DNA from: an uncultured Eubacteriales bacterium | GTDB taxonomy: Bacteria > Bacillota > Clostridia > Christensenellales > UBA1242 | Assembly: GCA_949878485.1 (NCBI GenBank) | Contig: CATLAM010000006.1 | Location: 6,914 to 70,913 of the forward strand | DNA: 64,000 bases | Direction: 5' to 3' | In this document: positions 1 to 10,847 of the stretch, in pieces | How the letters are laid out: the number at the start of each line of letters is the position of its first letter | How positions within the stretch are numbered: the stretch's first letter is position 1 | Notes under the pieces: model-generated | What the model was told of the DNA's origin: nothing | The model's input: the letters and a program-made list of their open reading frames with translations, nothing else | The model's database searches: none | Translations under genes and position numbers: made by a program

Positions 1-114
1 TTTAATTTTAATTAAATGTAATTTTTGATGAATTTTGTTTTAAATTTGTATACTTTTGAATAACAAACATAAATAAAAAAAACTAAGAATTGCTCTTAGT
101 CTTTTTTTTATGAT

Positions 115-516
115 TTAATTTTGTTTATTTGCTTTTTTAAGTTCTTTTTCTTTCTTTTTATAATAGTTTTCAATTGCTGCTCTGATTGATTCTTCTGCCA
201 AGATTGAACAGTGAATTTTGTGTGCTGGAAGTTCGCCAAGAAGCGAAACCACGTCTTTATTTGTAACTTTTAATGCTTCGTCAATTGTTTTGCCCTTAAT
301 CAAATCACAAGCAATATCGGTTGATGCAATGGCTGCACAGCAACCAAAAGTTTTAAATTTTGCATTTTCAATAACTTCATTTTCATTAATTTTTAAATAC
401 ATCTTCATAATGTCGCCACATGCAGCATTTCCAACTTGTCCTATGGCATTTGCACCATGCATTGAACCAGCATTTTTTGGATTTTGAAATCTTTCTAAAA
501 CTGTTTTACTATACAT
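115..516 (-). CDS. nifU: Fe-S cluster assembly scaffold, NifU/IscU N-terminal type
   Basis: 133 aa; scaffold Cys contexts NAACGD, FGCCAAIAS, HCS; immediately downstream of cysteine desulfurase. Confidence 0.85.
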   Translation of the reverse strand: MYSKTVLERFQNPKNAGSMHGANAIGQVGNAACGDIMKMYLKINENEVIENAKFKTFGCCAAIASTDIACDLIKGKTIDEALKVTNKDVVSLLGELPAHKIHCSILAEESIRAAIENYYKKKEKELKKANKQN

Positions 517-518
517 AA

Positions 519-1694
519 TTAAAACCTCCCTGGTTGAACTGGTGAAATTGCTCTGAGTTTATTTACTGCTTTGCGAATTTCTTCAACGACATAGTCAATA
601 TCAGATTTTGATGTGTTTATTCCAAAAGAAAATCTTATAGAGCCTTGTGCAATTTCGTCAGGAACTTTCATTGCTTTTAAAACATGTGATGGAAGAAGAG
701 ATTTTGATGTGCATGCAGATGAAGTTGAAACACAAATGCCAGCCAAATCCAAAAGCATAAGCAAAGATTCTCCTTCAACGCCATAGAAAGATACATTCAA
801 AATAGCGTTTGATTTTTGGTGTTTATGCCCGTTTATTTGGAAATATTCCACCTTTTCAGTCAACTTTTCAACAAAATAATCTCTTGTTGATTTCAATTTT
901 CTGCTTGTTAATGCTTGATTTCTGCAAGCAGTTTCAACTGCTTTACCAAGTCCAGCAATTCCTGCAACATTTTCTGTTCCAGCACGCTTTCCTCTTTCTT
1001 GGCTGTCTCCACCAAAAGTGATTGGATCAATTTTAACTCCGCTTTTTACATACAAAGCGCCAACGCCCTTTGGTCCATGAATTTTATGTCCTGAAATTGA
1101 CAAAGCATCAATTTCCATATCTTGGACATTAATGTTAAGATTTCCAATGGCTTGAACAGCGTCAGAATGGAAAACTACATCATAATCATGAGCAATCTTA
1201 GCGATTGTTTTGATGTTTTGAATTGTTCCAACTTCGTTGTTTACTGCCATGATTGAAATTAAAGTTGTTCCTTTTTTGATGGCATGCAAAAGTTCTGTAA
1301 TATTTACAAGTCCAGTTTCATCAACTGGCAAATATGTCACTTGATATCCTTCTTTTTCAAGATAATGACAAGCATTTAAAACAGCATGATGCTCAATCTG
1401 ACTTGTAATGATGTGTTTGCCCTTGTTTGCATAAGCATGAGCAATTCCAATTACAGCCCAGTTATCGGCTTCTGTTCCGCCACTTGTAAAATAAATTTCG
1501 CTTGATTTTTTTGCGTTGATTGCTTCTTTAATTCTGTCTCTTGCCTTGTCTAAAACTGCAACAGAACTACGGCCAAAACTATGAAGTGAACCTGCGTTTC
1601 CATAAATCATGTTGAAACATGGCAACATTTCATTTAAAACTTCATTTGAGACATAAGTTGTTGAAGCATTGTCTAAATAAATCTTTCTATCCAT
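519..1694 (-). CDS. nifS: cysteine desulfurase (NifS/IscS class V aminotransferase)
   Basis: PLP-Lys context SISGHKIHGPKG and active-site SSACTS. Start trimmed to MDRKIYLDNAST (ATG 1694, AAGGAA upstream); track ORF extends to 1757. Confidence 0.9.
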   Translation of the reverse strand: MDRKIYLDNASTTYVSNEVLNEMLPCFNMIYGNAGSLHSFGRSSVAVLDKARDRIKEAINAKKSSEIYFTSGGTEADNWAVIGIAHAYANKGKHIITSQIEHHAVLNACHYLEKEGYQVTYLPVDETGLVNITELLHAIKKGTTLISIMAVNNEVGTIQNIKTIAKIAHDYDVVFHSDAVQAIGNLNINVQDMEIDALSISGHKIHGPKGVGALYVKSGVKIDPITFGGDSQERGKRAGTENVAGIAGLGKAVETACRNQALTSRKLKSTRDYFVEKLTEKVEYFQINGHKHQKSNAILNVSFYGVEGESLLMLLDLAGICVSTSSACTSKSLLPSHVLKAMKVPDEIAQGSIRFSFGINTSKSDIDYVVEEIRKAVNKLRAISPVQPGRF

Positions 1695-1784
1695 TTTTGT
1701 TCCTTTTAATATAAAATTTAACAACTTTATTGTAACACTAAAAAAAGTGATTGTCAATAGTTATTTTAAAAAGCAAAATAAGTT

Positions 1785-2093
1785 TTATAAATATTTTTCA
1801 ACTGTTTCAAACAAATCATCTTTGTTCCAAAGACCAATGTGTTTTTCCACTTCTTCGCCATTTACAAACACGATGATTGTAGGAATGCTCATTATTCCAA
1901 ATTTTCGAGCCAGATTTTGACTTTCATCAACATCCACTTTATATATTTTGGCTTTTTCTCCCAAAGTTTCTTGGCATTCTTCCAAGATTGGAGACATCAT
2001 TCTGCAAGGTCCACACCATGTTGCAAAAAAGTCAACAACAACGACTCCGTTTTTAATTTTTTCATCAAATTCTTTATCTTTTAAAATTTCCAT
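1785..2093 (-). CDS. trxA: thioredoxin
   Basis: 102 aa with WCGPC active site and thioredoxin-length fold. Confidence 0.9.
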   Translation of the reverse strand: MEILKDKEFDEKIKNGVVVVDFFATWCGPCRMMSPILEECQETLGEKAKIYKVDVDESQNLARKFGIMSIPTIIVFVNGEEVEKHIGLWNKDDLFETVEKYL

Positions 2094-2105
2094 AAATCCC
2101 CCATT

Positions 2106-2792
2106 TTATTTTAATATTTTTGTCACAATATAAGCACTTAATACGCAGCCACACATTGCTGGATAATATGCTATACTGCCAATTTCTTTGCTTTCTGTTT
2201 TTAATGCTGGTTGTTCGCTGATAACCACATCCAGTGAAGAAACATTAATTTCTCTAAGTTTTTTTCGCATAATTTTTGCAAGACCATTATTGCTTGTTTT
2301 ATATATGTCAACAACTTTGAAATTCGGAATATCAATTCTGTTTCCAGCACCCATAGCAGAAACTATGTTGATGTTGTTTTCTTTGCAAAATTTAATTAAA
2401 TTTACTTTATTTGGAATGTCATCAATGGCGTCCACAACATAATTCAAATCTTGTGTCAAAATTCGGTTTATATTTTCACTGCAAAGTCGTTCTTCATAAG
2501 TTTTAACATTGCAATTTGGGTTTATTTCTAAAATCTGTTGTTTCATGACTTGTGTTTTAAATTGTCCAACAGTTTTTGTGTTTGCAACCACTTGTCTATT
2601 TATGTTTGTTTCATCAACTTTGTCAAAATCTACAAGTGTAATGTTTTCAATTCCAGATCGAGCAAGCATCAAACAAACATATCCGCCAACGCCACCAATT
2701 CCAACAACTGCAATGTGACTTTGTTTAAGTTTGTCTGTTCCATCTTTTCCAATTAAAAGTTCTGTTCTGTCAGTCCACATTTGTTTCTCCAT
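2106..2792 (-). CDS. tcdA: ThiF/MoeB-type E1-like enzyme, probably tRNA threonylcarbamoyladenosine dehydratase
   Basis: 228 aa; Rossmann motif VVGIGGVGGY followed by LVDFDKVDETNINRQ. Confidence 0.7.
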   Translation of the reverse strand: MEKQMWTDRTELLIGKDGTDKLKQSHIAVVGIGGVGGYVCLMLARSGIENITLVDFDKVDETNINRQVVANTKTVGQFKTQVMKQQILEINPNCNVKTYEERLCSENINRILTQDLNYVVDAIDDIPNKVNLIKFCKENNINIVSAMGAGNRIDIPNFKVVDIYKTSNNGLAKIMRKKLREINVSSLDVVISEQPALKTESKEIGSIAYYPAMCGCVLSAYIVTKILK

Positions 2793-2844
2793 ATACTAAA
2801 TATTGTGGTGTTATGCAAGATTATTATAACATAATACACAATAT

Positions 2845-4143
2845 CTATAAAACATATTTCTTTAAATCAAATTTCTTTTGTTGGTCTTTAAACACTGTGT
2901 TTACATAATTTCTGTCAATAACTACATCGACCATTGGATGTTTGCCTGTGGCGTTGAATGAAACTTCTTCCAACAATGCTTCCATAATTGTGTGAAGTCG
3001 TCTTGCCCCAAGGTCTTCACTTGTTTCGTTTTCTTTTTCTGCCATTTCAGCAATTTCATCAAGTGCATCATCTTTAAACACAAGATTGATGTTGTCTACC
3101 TTTAAAAGATTGGTGTATTGAAGTGTCACTGCATTTTTAGGAGTTGCCAAAATCTGTTTAAAATCTTCTTTTGTAAGACTTTCAAGTTCCACTCTGATTG
3201 GAAATCTTCCTTGAAGTTCTGGAATCATATCTTCAATTTTTGCAACATGGAATGCCCCTGCAGCAATAAACAAAATAAAGTCAGTTTTTACATTACCATA
3301 TTTTGTGGTCACTGTGCTTCCTTCCACGATTGGAAGAATATCTCTTTGCACACCTTCACGAGAAACATCTGCACTGTTTGTTGATTGGCTTTTTCCAATG
3401 ATTTTGTCAATTTCATCAATGAAAATAATGCCTTGTTCTTCTGCCAAAGTGATTGCTTCATCATTTACATTATCCATGTCTATGATTTTGTCGCTTTCTT
3501 CTTGCAAAATAGTTTCTCTTGCATGACGAACTGTCATTTTTTTCTTTTTATATTTAGGTGGAGTAAGTCCATCAAACATTGAACCTAAGTTGATTTCATT
3601 TCCACCAAAAGATGCCATCATAGGTTTTGCGTTTTCCAAAACATTGATTTCAATGGTTTCATCTTCACATTTACCACTGTGCAATTCTTCAAAAATTTTG
3701 TTTCTGTCTACATCAACAGTTGTTACTCTTCTGTTTTGGAATATTGCGTCAACAATTCTGTTTTCCACTGCTGGCATAACTTTTGATTCAACTTCTTTTT
3801 TCTTGTTGTCTTTAACCATTCGAACAGAAACTTCCACAAGATCTCTGACCATGCTTTCTACGTCACGACCAACATAACCAACTTCGGTGTATTTTGTGGC
3901 TTCAACTTTAACAAATGGCGCACCAACAAGTTTGGCAAGTCTTCTTGCAATTTCCGTTTTACCAACCCCAGTTGGACCTTTTAAAACAATGTTTTTAGGT
4001 GTGATTTCATCTCTTACTTCGTCAGCAAGTTGGCTTCTTCTGTAACGATTTCTAAGTGCAACAGCCACCGCTTTTTTTGCTTTTGCTTGACCTACGATGT
4101 ATTTGTCAAGTTCAGTTACGATTTGTTTTGGTGTTAAATCCAT
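2845..4143 (-). CDS. hslU: ATP-dependent protease ATPase subunit HslU
   Basis: Begins MDLTPKQIVTELDKYIVGQ; Walker A GPTGVGKTEIARRLA; Walker B IIFIDEIDK. ATG at 4143 with AGGAGG upstream. The track ORF 5-prime extension overlaps hslV and is not coding. Confidence 0.9.
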   Translation of the reverse strand: MDLTPKQIVTELDKYIVGQAKAKKAVAVALRNRYRRSQLADEVRDEITPKNIVLKGPTGVGKTEIARRLAKLVGAPFVKVEATKYTEVGYVGRDVESMVRDLVEVSVRMVKDNKKKEVESKVMPAVENRIVDAIFQNRRVTTVDVDRNKIFEELHSGKCEDETIEINVLENAKPMMASFGGNEINLGSMFDGLTPPKYKKKKMTVRHARETILQEESDKIIDMDNVNDEAITLAEEQGIIFIDEIDKIIGKSQSTNSADVSREGVQRDILPIVEGSTVTTKYGNVKTDFILFIAAGAFHVAKIEDMIPELQGRFPIRVELESLTKEDFKQILATPKNAVTLQYTNLLKVDNINLVFKDDALDEIAEMAEKENETSEDLGARRLHTIMEALLEEVSFNATGKHPMVDVVIDRNYVNTVFKDQQKKFDLKKYVL

Positions 4144-4153
4144 TCTTTCCTCC

Positions 4154-4693
4154 TTAAACTTCTTCAACAATAATGTTGTCGTTTGTGAAAACGCAGATTT
4201 CACTGGCAATTTTAAGTGATTTATAAGCAATTTCTTTTGCTGTGTAATTTGTGTTTTGAACCAATGCTCTTGCCGCTGCAAGTGCGTAATTTCCGCCAGA
4301 ACCGATTGCACAAATGTCGTCTTGTGGTTCAATGACATCACCAGAGCCGTCCAAAATTAAAAGTTGATTTTTGTCAGCCACAATCAAAAGTGCTTCAAGT
4401 TGGCGCATACCCTTGTCACTACGCCAAGTTTGAGCAAGTTCAACAGCACTTCGCATAAGATTTCCAGAAAACTTATTCAACATCGCTTCAAACTTTTCGC
4501 TTAATGTGAAAGCATCTGCAACAGAGCCAGCAAATCCAATGACAACAGTGTTGTTGTAAAGTCGTCTTACTTTTTTGGCATTGCTTTTAAAAATTATGCT
4601 GTTAGACATTGTTACTTGTCCATCTCCAGCAATGGCAATTTGTCCATCTTTTTTAACAGCACAAATGGTTGTTCCTCTAAACATATTTTCCAT
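4154..4693 (-). CDS. hslV: ATP-dependent protease subunit HslV
   Basis: 179 aa; N-terminal GTTICAV (Thr nucleophile context); [14 protein letters not shown]; directly upstream of hslU. Confidence 0.9.
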   Translation of the reverse strand: MENMFRGTTICAVKKDGQIAIAGDGQVTMSNSIIFKSNAKKVRRLYNNTVVIGFAGSVADAFTLSEKFEAMLNKFSGNLMRSAVELAQTWRSDKGMRQLEALLIVADKNQLLILDGSGDVIEPQDDICAIGSGGNYALAAARALVQNTNYTAKEIAYKSLKIASEICVFTNDNIIVEEV

Positions 4694-5951
4694 AAAATTT
4701 CTCCTTAAATTTATCCGTTTGAGTTTTAGATTTTTCCAAAAGATTTAAAACAAAGTTTTCATAAGTTTTGGATGCTAAACTATTCATAATAATTATATCA
4801 TATTTCAGATTGAATAACCTAAAATTTATAACACTTTTTTTAAACAAATTTTCGTATATTTTGCCGATGCAACAATTTTCTTTTAAATATTTTGTTCCGA
4901 TATAATGATCAAGTTGTTCAATAACGCTGTAAGCACATAAATTTGCCATTAAAAGGCTTTCGAAACTGCCATTTGTGCCAATAAGTCCCCCACAAACATA
5001 GATGTTTTCATGGTCGATGACTTGCAGGTTTTCATTTAAACAAGCAGGAGTAAGAAGATAAGTTTTTCTTCTTATAACACTTGGTTTTTCAATTTTGAAA
5101 CCCTTTAATGCTTCTATGCAAGACATGATTTCAAACTGTTCATCTGTGTCAAATGCTGTGAAAAAATCATTGACAATCAAAACATTTTCCGATTTATTAT
5201 ATGTCATTTTAAGACTGGCAAATATGTTTGTTTTTGAAGTGTTTGCGTCAAAGTGTGGTCTTAAAACAGAATTTCTAAGTCCGCCAAATCCCCTTTTTGC
5301 CATGCTTTCAATGGTGATTTGTTTTTCAAATGCAATCTCTTTTGGAAGTTCATATTCTCCATAGAATTTCAAAACTGTGTTGTAAAGTTTTTCATATTCT
5401 TCTTGCGTCAAATTGGCATAGCATTCTGTTTGGGAAACAAAATTCAATTTATTTAAATCTATATCCCCCGCATTTAAAATCAAATTTTCAGGATGAAAAT
5501 AACATACACGTTGTTGACCTATGAAATTTTCCAAATTTTTCAATAATTTTTTATCAGTGTTGTGACCTGTTGCAATGATGTTTGTTTCTGTTTCGTTGAG
5601 AGTATCTATTGTTCCACTAAACAATTTTACATTTGGTTTTTGAAGTAAAATACTTTTTGCTTTTTCCATATATTCTTCGTCATATACGAAACCAAACTTA
5701 TCAAAATTTTCGCGTTTAGCAAGTGAAAAAAGTGGACTGCCTAAACACTCCAATTCAAATTTCATATTTTCAGTTAAAAAAATTTCATAAGGATTATAAT
5801 AGTCAAATTTCTTATGTTTTGCACTGTCATCGCCATTGTCAAAAATATGGACAGTAAAACCATAGTTGGCAAGAATGAAAGCAACTTCCATTCCCGCCAA
5901 ACCACAGCCAATCACTTTTATAGGTTTATTTGACACAAAACGATTAATCAT
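4677..5951 (-). CDS. trmFO: divergent TrmFO/Gid-like FAD protein (folate-dependent tRNA U54 methyltransferase family)
   Basis: Sits in the topA-gid-hslVU slot. FAD motif [12 protein letters not shown] plus [30 protein letters not shown] blocks that recall TrmFO. Start could be 5951 or 5969. Confidence 0.55.
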   Translation of the reverse strand: MINRFVSNKPIKVIGCGLAGMEVAFILANYGFTVHIFDNGDDSAKHKKFDYYNPYEIFLTENMKFELECLGSPLFSLAKRENFDKFGFVYDEEYMEKAKSILLQKPNVKLFSGTIDTLNETETNIIATGHNTDKKLLKNLENFIGQQRVCYFHPENLILNAGDIDLNKLNFVSQTECYANLTQEEYEKLYNTVLKFYGEYELPKEIAFEKQITIESMAKRGFGGLRNSVLRPHFDANTSKTNIFASLKMTYNKSENVLIVNDFFTAFDTDEQFEIMSCIEALKGFKIEKPSVIRRKTYLLTPACLNENLQVIDHENIYVCGGLIGTNGSFESLLMANLCAYSVIEQLDHYIGTKYLKENCCIGKIYENLFKKSVINFRLFNLKYDIIIMNSLASKTYENFVLNLLEKSKTQTDKFKEKFYGKYV

Positions 5952-8007
5952 CAGTGCTTTGCACCTCATATTTACAAGCAGAGCATTTAACTTTCTTTCC
6001 GCGTTTAATCATAAATTTGCCACATTCTGGGCATTTATCGCCAGTTGGAATATCCCAACTCATAAAGTTGCAACCTTGACGGTCTTCACAAGCATAGAAA
6101 TTTTTTCCGCGTTTAGTTTTAAATGTGAAAACATTTTTTCCGCACTCTGGACAAACCCCAACAGGTTTCTTTTCGCCGTCTTCATAAGGTTTTACATTAT
6201 GACACTTAGGGAAATTTGAACATCCTAAAAACTTGCCAAATCTGCCTTCACGAATCAGCATTTTATGACCACATTGTTCGCAGACAATGTCAGTTTCAAC
6301 TGGTGGTGCTTTCATAGTTACACTGCTGGCATCTGCACTTTCAAGAAGGTCTTTAAAACCTTTCCAGAAACTGTCTACTACATCATGCCAATCATCTTTA
6401 CTTTCGGCAATGTCATCCAATCTGTTTTCAAGGTGTGCCGTAAATTTCACATTGATGACACTGTGAAAGAATTTTTCCAAATATTCAGTAATGTTTCTTC
6501 CAAGTTGAGTTGGAACAAGATAGCGTCCTTCTTTTGTGCAATAGTTTCTTGCAGTCAAAATCGTGATTGTTGCGGCATAAGTCGCAGGACGACCAATCCC
6601 CTTTTCTTCCATTGCCTTAACAAGACTTGCTTCTGTAAATCTTGCTGGTGGCTTTGTGAATTTTTGTTCTTCCTTAATTTCCAAAACTTTCAAAATTTCT
6701 TTTTCTTCAAGTGGTGGAAGTTTGCTTATTTCTTGTTTTTCTTCGTCAACATATTCTTTATAAACTGCAGTATATCCAGCAAATTCCAAAGTTTTTCCAA
6801 CTGCTTTAAATTTATAGTCATCCACAGCAATGGAAACATTGACATTGGAATAATGTGCTTCGCTCATCTGGCTTGCCAAAAAGCGTTCATAAATCAATTT
6901 ATAAAGTCTGTAGTTGTCTTTTGTCAAAGAATCTTTAACCATGTCAGGAGTTATTTGCATAGAAATAGGGCGGATGGCTTCGTGAGCATCCTGAGCACTT
7001 TTCTTTGTTGCATAGATGTTTGGTTTTTCTGGAACATAATCTTTGCCATATTTTTGGGTAATGAAATCCAAGCAAGCATTTTGTGCATCAACAGATACAC
7101 GAGTGGAGTCTGTTCTGATGTAAGTGATTAAAGCAATTTTGCCTTCGCCTTTAACTTCAACACCTTCATAAAGTTCCTGAGCAGAAGATGTTGTTTTCTT
7201 CAAACTCATTCCAAGTTTGTTTAAAGCATCTTGTTGCATTGTGCTTGTTGTAAATGGTGGCAAAGCATGAGATTTTGTCTTTGTGCGTTTAATCTCGTCC
7301 ACAACAAAATCTTTACCTTTGATGTCACCAAGCATTTTGTCAACCTCTTCACGGTTTGACAACTTAATTTTTTTGTTTTTATAATTTGTAAGAGTCGATT
7401 TGAAATTGACATTGCTTTTTTCGTGAAATGCAGTAACAGTCCAATATTCTTCTGGTTTAAAGTTTTCAATTTCAATTTCTCTTTCAACAACAAGTTTTAA
7501 TGCCACAGATTGCACCCTTCCTGCAGAAAGTTTTGGTGCAATTTTGCGAGAAATGATTGGAGAAAGTTTATAACCAACAATTCTATCCAAAACTCGTCTT
7601 GCTTGTTGAGCATTGACAAGATTAAGGTCAATAGTTCTTGGTTCTGTCAAAGCCTTTAAAACTGCTTTCTTAGAAATTTCATTGAATTCAATACGACATT
7701 TTTTGTTTGGGTCAAGTCCCAAAACATGAGCAACATGCCATGAAATTGCTTCCCCTTCTCTATCTGGGTCGGTTGCGATTAAAATTTCATCTGCATCTTC
7801 AGATTTCTTTTTAAGGTCAGAAATAAGTGCTTTTTTGTCTGGATTGTTTTCATAATGAGGTTCAAAATTATTGTTTAAATCAATGGCAAAAGACTTGGCT
7901 GGCAAATCTCTGATGTGACCCTTTGTGGCAAAAACCTCATAGTCACTTCCAAGATATTTTTTTAATGTGTCCCTTTTTGCTGGGGCTTCAATTACAACTA
8001 ATTTCAA
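5944..8007 (-). CDS. topA: DNA topoisomerase I
   Basis: Toprim start KLVVIEAPAKRDT; DPDREGEAISWH; four C-terminal CxxC zinc ribbons. Start placed at TTG 8007 with AGGAGA 6 nt upstream; the track ORF extension overlaps dprA. Confidence 0.9.
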   Translation of the reverse strand: MKLVVIEAPAKRDTLKKYLGSDYEVFATKGHIRDLPAKSFAIDLNNNFEPHYENNPDKKALISDLKKKSEDADEILIATDPDREGEAISWHVAHVLGLDPNKKCRIEFNEISKKAVLKALTEPRTIDLNLVNAQQARRVLDRIVGYKLSPIISRKIAPKLSAGRVQSVALKLVVEREIEIENFKPEEYWTVTAFHEKSNVNFKSTLTNYKNKKIKLSNREEVDKMLGDIKGKDFVVDEIKRTKTKSHALPPFTTSTMQQDALNKLGMSLKKTTSSAQELYEGVEVKGEGKIALITYIRTDSTRVSVDAQNACLDFITQKYGKDYVPEKPNIYATKKSAQDAHEAIRPISMQITPDMVKDSLTKDNYRLYKLIYERFLASQMSEAHYSNVNVSIAVDDYKFKAVGKTLEFAGYTAVYKEYVDEEKQEISKLPPLEEKEILKVLEIKEEQKFTKPPARFTEASLVKAMEEKGIGRPATYAATITILTARNYCTKEGRYLVPTQLGRNITEYLEKFFHSVINVKFTAHLENRLDDIAESKDDWHDVVDSFWKGFKDLLESADASSVTMKAPPVETDIVCEQCGHKMLIREGRFGKFLGCSNFPKCHNVKPYEDGEKKPVGVCPECGKNVFTFKTKRGKNFYACEDRQGCNFMSWDIPTGDKCPECGKFMIKRGKKVKCSACKYEVQSTDD

Positions 8008-8021
8008 AATTAATCTCCTTT

Positions 8022-9092
8022 TTAAATCAAGGCAAACATTTTGCCCGGCAACTTTCTTATTAAACCACGAATTTCCATTGTTGTCAAACAACTGTTCAAA
8101 ATATTAACAGGAATTTTGGAATTTTCATGCAAAAAGTCAAAATCTTGCTGTCCGTTTTCCAATAAATTTATTATTGTTTGTTCATCAAGACTGACAAATT
8201 GCACATTTTTCTCTTTGGAAATTTTGTTTAAACCATAAAATTCAATGATGTCATCAGAAGCCAAAACGCATTCTGCATGACCATATCTTATAAGTTGATT
8301 TGTCAGTTCACTTGTTTTGCTGTCTATATTCCCTGGAATTGCAAACACATCTTTGCCATAATCCAAAGCAAAATCTTTTGTGTAAACTGTTCCGCTTTTT
8401 AAACCTGCTTCTGGAATTAAAATCCCGTTACAAAGCCCTGCAACAATTCTGTTTCTTCTTGGAAAAGTGTAAGGCTTAGCCTTGAATGATGGTGGATATT
8501 CTGACAAAATCAAACCATTTTTTGCAATTTCATCTGCAAGATTGGTGTTTGTTGCAGGATAGATATTGTTGAAACCACTTGCAATAACAGCAATAGTTTT
8601 TCCGCCAACATCCAGTGTTGCTTTGTGTGCAATTGCATCAATTCCATAACAAAGTCCGCTGACGATGACCAGACCACTTTGTGCAAGGTTCTTGGCAAAT
8701 CTTTCTGTGATTATTCTGCCATAATTGGATGGCACACGAGTTCCTACAACACCAAAACATTTTTCTGTGCAAAGTGACATGTCACCTTTTGCATACAAAA
8801 TTAAAGGTCTGTCGTCAAGGTCAATAAGACTTTTTGGATATTTATCAGAAAAGATTGTCACAATTTCAATGCCACTGTTTTCCATGTTTGTAAGCATGGA
8901 TTCAAAGTTTTGTTTTCCATAATTTTTTACAACTTTTTGATATTCTTCAGTGGACAAATTTTCCAAAATAATATTGCTGTTTAATGCTTGGTCTACACTT
9001 AATTCGCCAAGTTGTTCAATGATTATTTCTTGTTTTTTATTGGCTATTTCACATATGGAAAACAGCACTAAAAGTTTTTCAATTTCTTTCAT
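8022..9092 (-). CDS. dprA: DNA processing protein DprA (Smf)
   Basis: 356 aa; VVGTRVPSNYG and SGLCYGIDAIAHKA Rossmann-like core; conserved position upstream of topA. Confidence 0.85.
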   Translation of the reverse strand: MKEIEKLLVLFSICEIANKKQEIIIEQLGELSVDQALNSNIILENLSTEEYQKVVKNYGKQNFESMLTNMENSGIEIVTIFSDKYPKSLIDLDDRPLILYAKGDMSLCTEKCFGVVGTRVPSNYGRIITERFAKNLAQSGLVIVSGLCYGIDAIAHKATLDVGGKTIAVIASGFNNIYPATNTNLADEIAKNGLILSEYPPSFKAKPYTFPRRNRIVAGLCNGILIPEAGLKSGTVYTKDFALDYGKDVFAIPGNIDSKTSELTNQLIRYGHAECVLASDDIIEFYGLNKISKEKNVQFVSLDEQTIINLLENGQQDFDFLHENSKIPVNILNSCLTTMEIRGLIRKLPGKMFALI

Positions 9093-9103
9093 CTAATTTT
9101 CCC

Positions 9104-10636
9104 TTAATCCCAATATTTTCTGTCAAGCCCACGATAAGAAATGGCTTCAAAAATGTGTCTTGGCAAAATTTCAATTTCGCCTTCCAAATCAGCAATAGTG
9201 CGAGCCACTCTTAAAATTCGATCATGTGCCCTTGCACTTAATTTCAATTTGGAAAAAGCCTGTTCCATAAGTTCTTGACATTCTTTGGAAAGTTTGCAAA
9301 ATTTCTTCATTTGTGGAACAGACATCTTGGCATTCGAAAAAGTTTTGGTGTTTTTAAATCGTTTTAACTGAATGTCTCTTGCCTTATCAACTCTTGCTTT
9401 AATGCTTTCGCTGTTTTCTTCTTTTGTTTCGTTGTTAAGGTCTTGATAGGAAATGTTGTCCACTTCCACATGAATGTCTATTCTGTCCATAATTGGTCCA
9501 GAAATCTTGGAAAGATATTTATGAATTTGTGCTGGCGTGCAACGACATTCGCGATCCTTTGCTCCATAATTTCCGCAAGGACATGGATTCATGCTGGCAA
9601 TAAGTGTGAAACTTGAAGGATATGTCACTGTTTGGTTTGCCCTTGCCACAGTTATTGTGCCGTCTTCTAAAGGTTGACGTAATGTTTCAATTAAATTTCT
9701 GGTATACTCAGGAAATTCATCCAAAAATAAAACGCCATTATGAGCCAAACTTATTTCCCCTGGTTTGCTGTGATTTCCGCCACCCGTCATGCTGACAACA
9801 GTTGCCGTTGTGTGTGGAGTTCTAAAAGGTCTTTCAGTTATGATGCCTTTTTTTAAATCAAGTTCACCTGCAATGGAATGAATTTTAGTAACCTGCAACG
9901 CTTCTTCAAAAGTTAAGTCTGGCAAAATTCCAGAAAAACATTTTGCAAGCATGCTTTTACCACTTCCTGGTGGGCCAATCATAAGCACATTATGTCCGCC
10001 TGCTGCGGCAATCTCCAATGCACGCTTAGCCATGGCTTGCCCTTTAACATTTTCAAAATCCAATTTGTTTGTGTCTTGTCTGGAAACTTCTTCAAAACTT
10101 TTTGTTTCAAGTTTGTTTAAAACTATTTCGTCATTCAAAAACATGACAACTTGTCGCAAATTGGAAACCGCATAGATTTCCATTCCGTCAATAAATTTTG
10201 CTTCTTCGCAATTGTCACTTGGAATAATCACTTTTTTAAAACCAGCACTTCTGGCTGAAATAAGAATTGGAAGAACGCCTTTGACCTTTTTAATAGTTCC
10301 GTCCAAAGAAAGTTCGCCAATGAAAATGAAATCTTTATATTTCTTATTTAAAATTTGTTCTGATGCAGACAGAATGCCAACGGCCATGCTAAGTTCGTAA
10401 TGTGGACCTTCTTTTTTTGTGTCTGCTGGTGCAAGGTTAATTGTAAAGTGTTTGATTGGAAACTGAAAGCCAGAATTTCTTATGGCAGATTTAACTCTGT
10501 CTTTGCTTTCTTTAACTGCAGTGTCACCAAGGCCGACCATGTCGATGTGTGGAATACCGCCCACCATATCTGTTTCAATAGTGACCAAAAATCCTTCAAT
10601 TCCACAAAGCCCATAACTTAAAACTTTTGATAACAT
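9104..10636 (-). CDS. comM: Mg-chelatase-like AAA+ protein ComM/YifB
   Basis: Lon-like N-terminal domain; Walker A GPPGSGKSMLAK; LFLDEFPE; C-terminal helix-bundle domain. Start MLSKVL at 10636 with GAGG upstream. Confidence 0.85.
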   Translation of the reverse strand: MLSKVLSYGLCGIEGFLVTIETDMVGGIPHIDMVGLGDTAVKESKDRVKSAIRNSGFQFPIKHFTINLAPADTKKEGPHYELSMAVGILSASEQILNKKYKDFIFIGELSLDGTIKKVKGVLPILISARSAGFKKVIIPSDNCEEAKFIDGMEIYAVSNLRQVVMFLNDEIVLNKLETKSFEEVSRQDTNKLDFENVKGQAMAKRALEIAAAGGHNVLMIGPPGSGKSMLAKCFSGILPDLTFEEALQVTKIHSIAGELDLKKGIITERPFRTPHTTATVVSMTGGGNHSKPGEISLAHNGVLFLDEFPEYTRNLIETLRQPLEDGTITVARANQTVTYPSSFTLIASMNPCPCGNYGAKDRECRCTPAQIHKYLSKISGPIMDRIDIHVEVDNISYQDLNNETKEENSESIKARVDKARDIQLKRFKNTKTFSNAKMSVPQMKKFCKLSKECQELMEQAFSKLKLSARAHDRILRVARTIADLEGEIEILPRHIFEAISYRGLDRKYWD

Positions 10637-10737
10637 ATAACCTCGCTTAACCATTCCATTATAACAAAAAATGCAATATAATCAAAATAAAATTGAAGTA
10701 ATACGACAAATTTATTACAAATTCACAAAATGGAATA

Positions 10738-10764
10738 AGAAAAAACAAACCCTAAGGTCTGTTT
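10738..10764 (-). terminator. rho-independent terminator with no gene directly upstream on its strand (orphaned by the island?)
   Basis: Minus strand reads AAACAGACC-TTAG-GGTTTGTTT then TTTTTCTTATT. The 9-bp stem has one G-U pair only in the minus orientation. Confidence 0.5.
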
Positions 10765-10847
10765 TTAATAATAAAATACTCTGGTGATGTAAATTGCCTT
10801 ATTTTCCTAGGTTTTACGGCATTTTAAACGAGTTAAAATTTAAATTT

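Noticed and set aside
4144-4341. 5-prime extensions of track ORFs (hslU into hslV; nifS 1695-1757; topA 8008-8091; comM 10637-10654; lepA 43092-43139; tig 24823-24891; tsf 62825-62887; rbgA 35942-35971)
   Set aside because: The extensions overlap the upstream gene or a promoter. Downstream starts have proper SD sites and match ortholog N-termini.
6265-7131. Long antisense or alternate-frame ORFs in the track (for example 6265-7131+, 218-487+, 24391-24813+, 36618-37088+, 52142-52555+, 62676-63095+, 7221-7493-, 20023-20355-)
   Set aside because: These are shadow ORFs inside well-supported genes of an AT-rich genome. Their translations are F/L/S/C-rich and low in complexity, and they have no SD sites.
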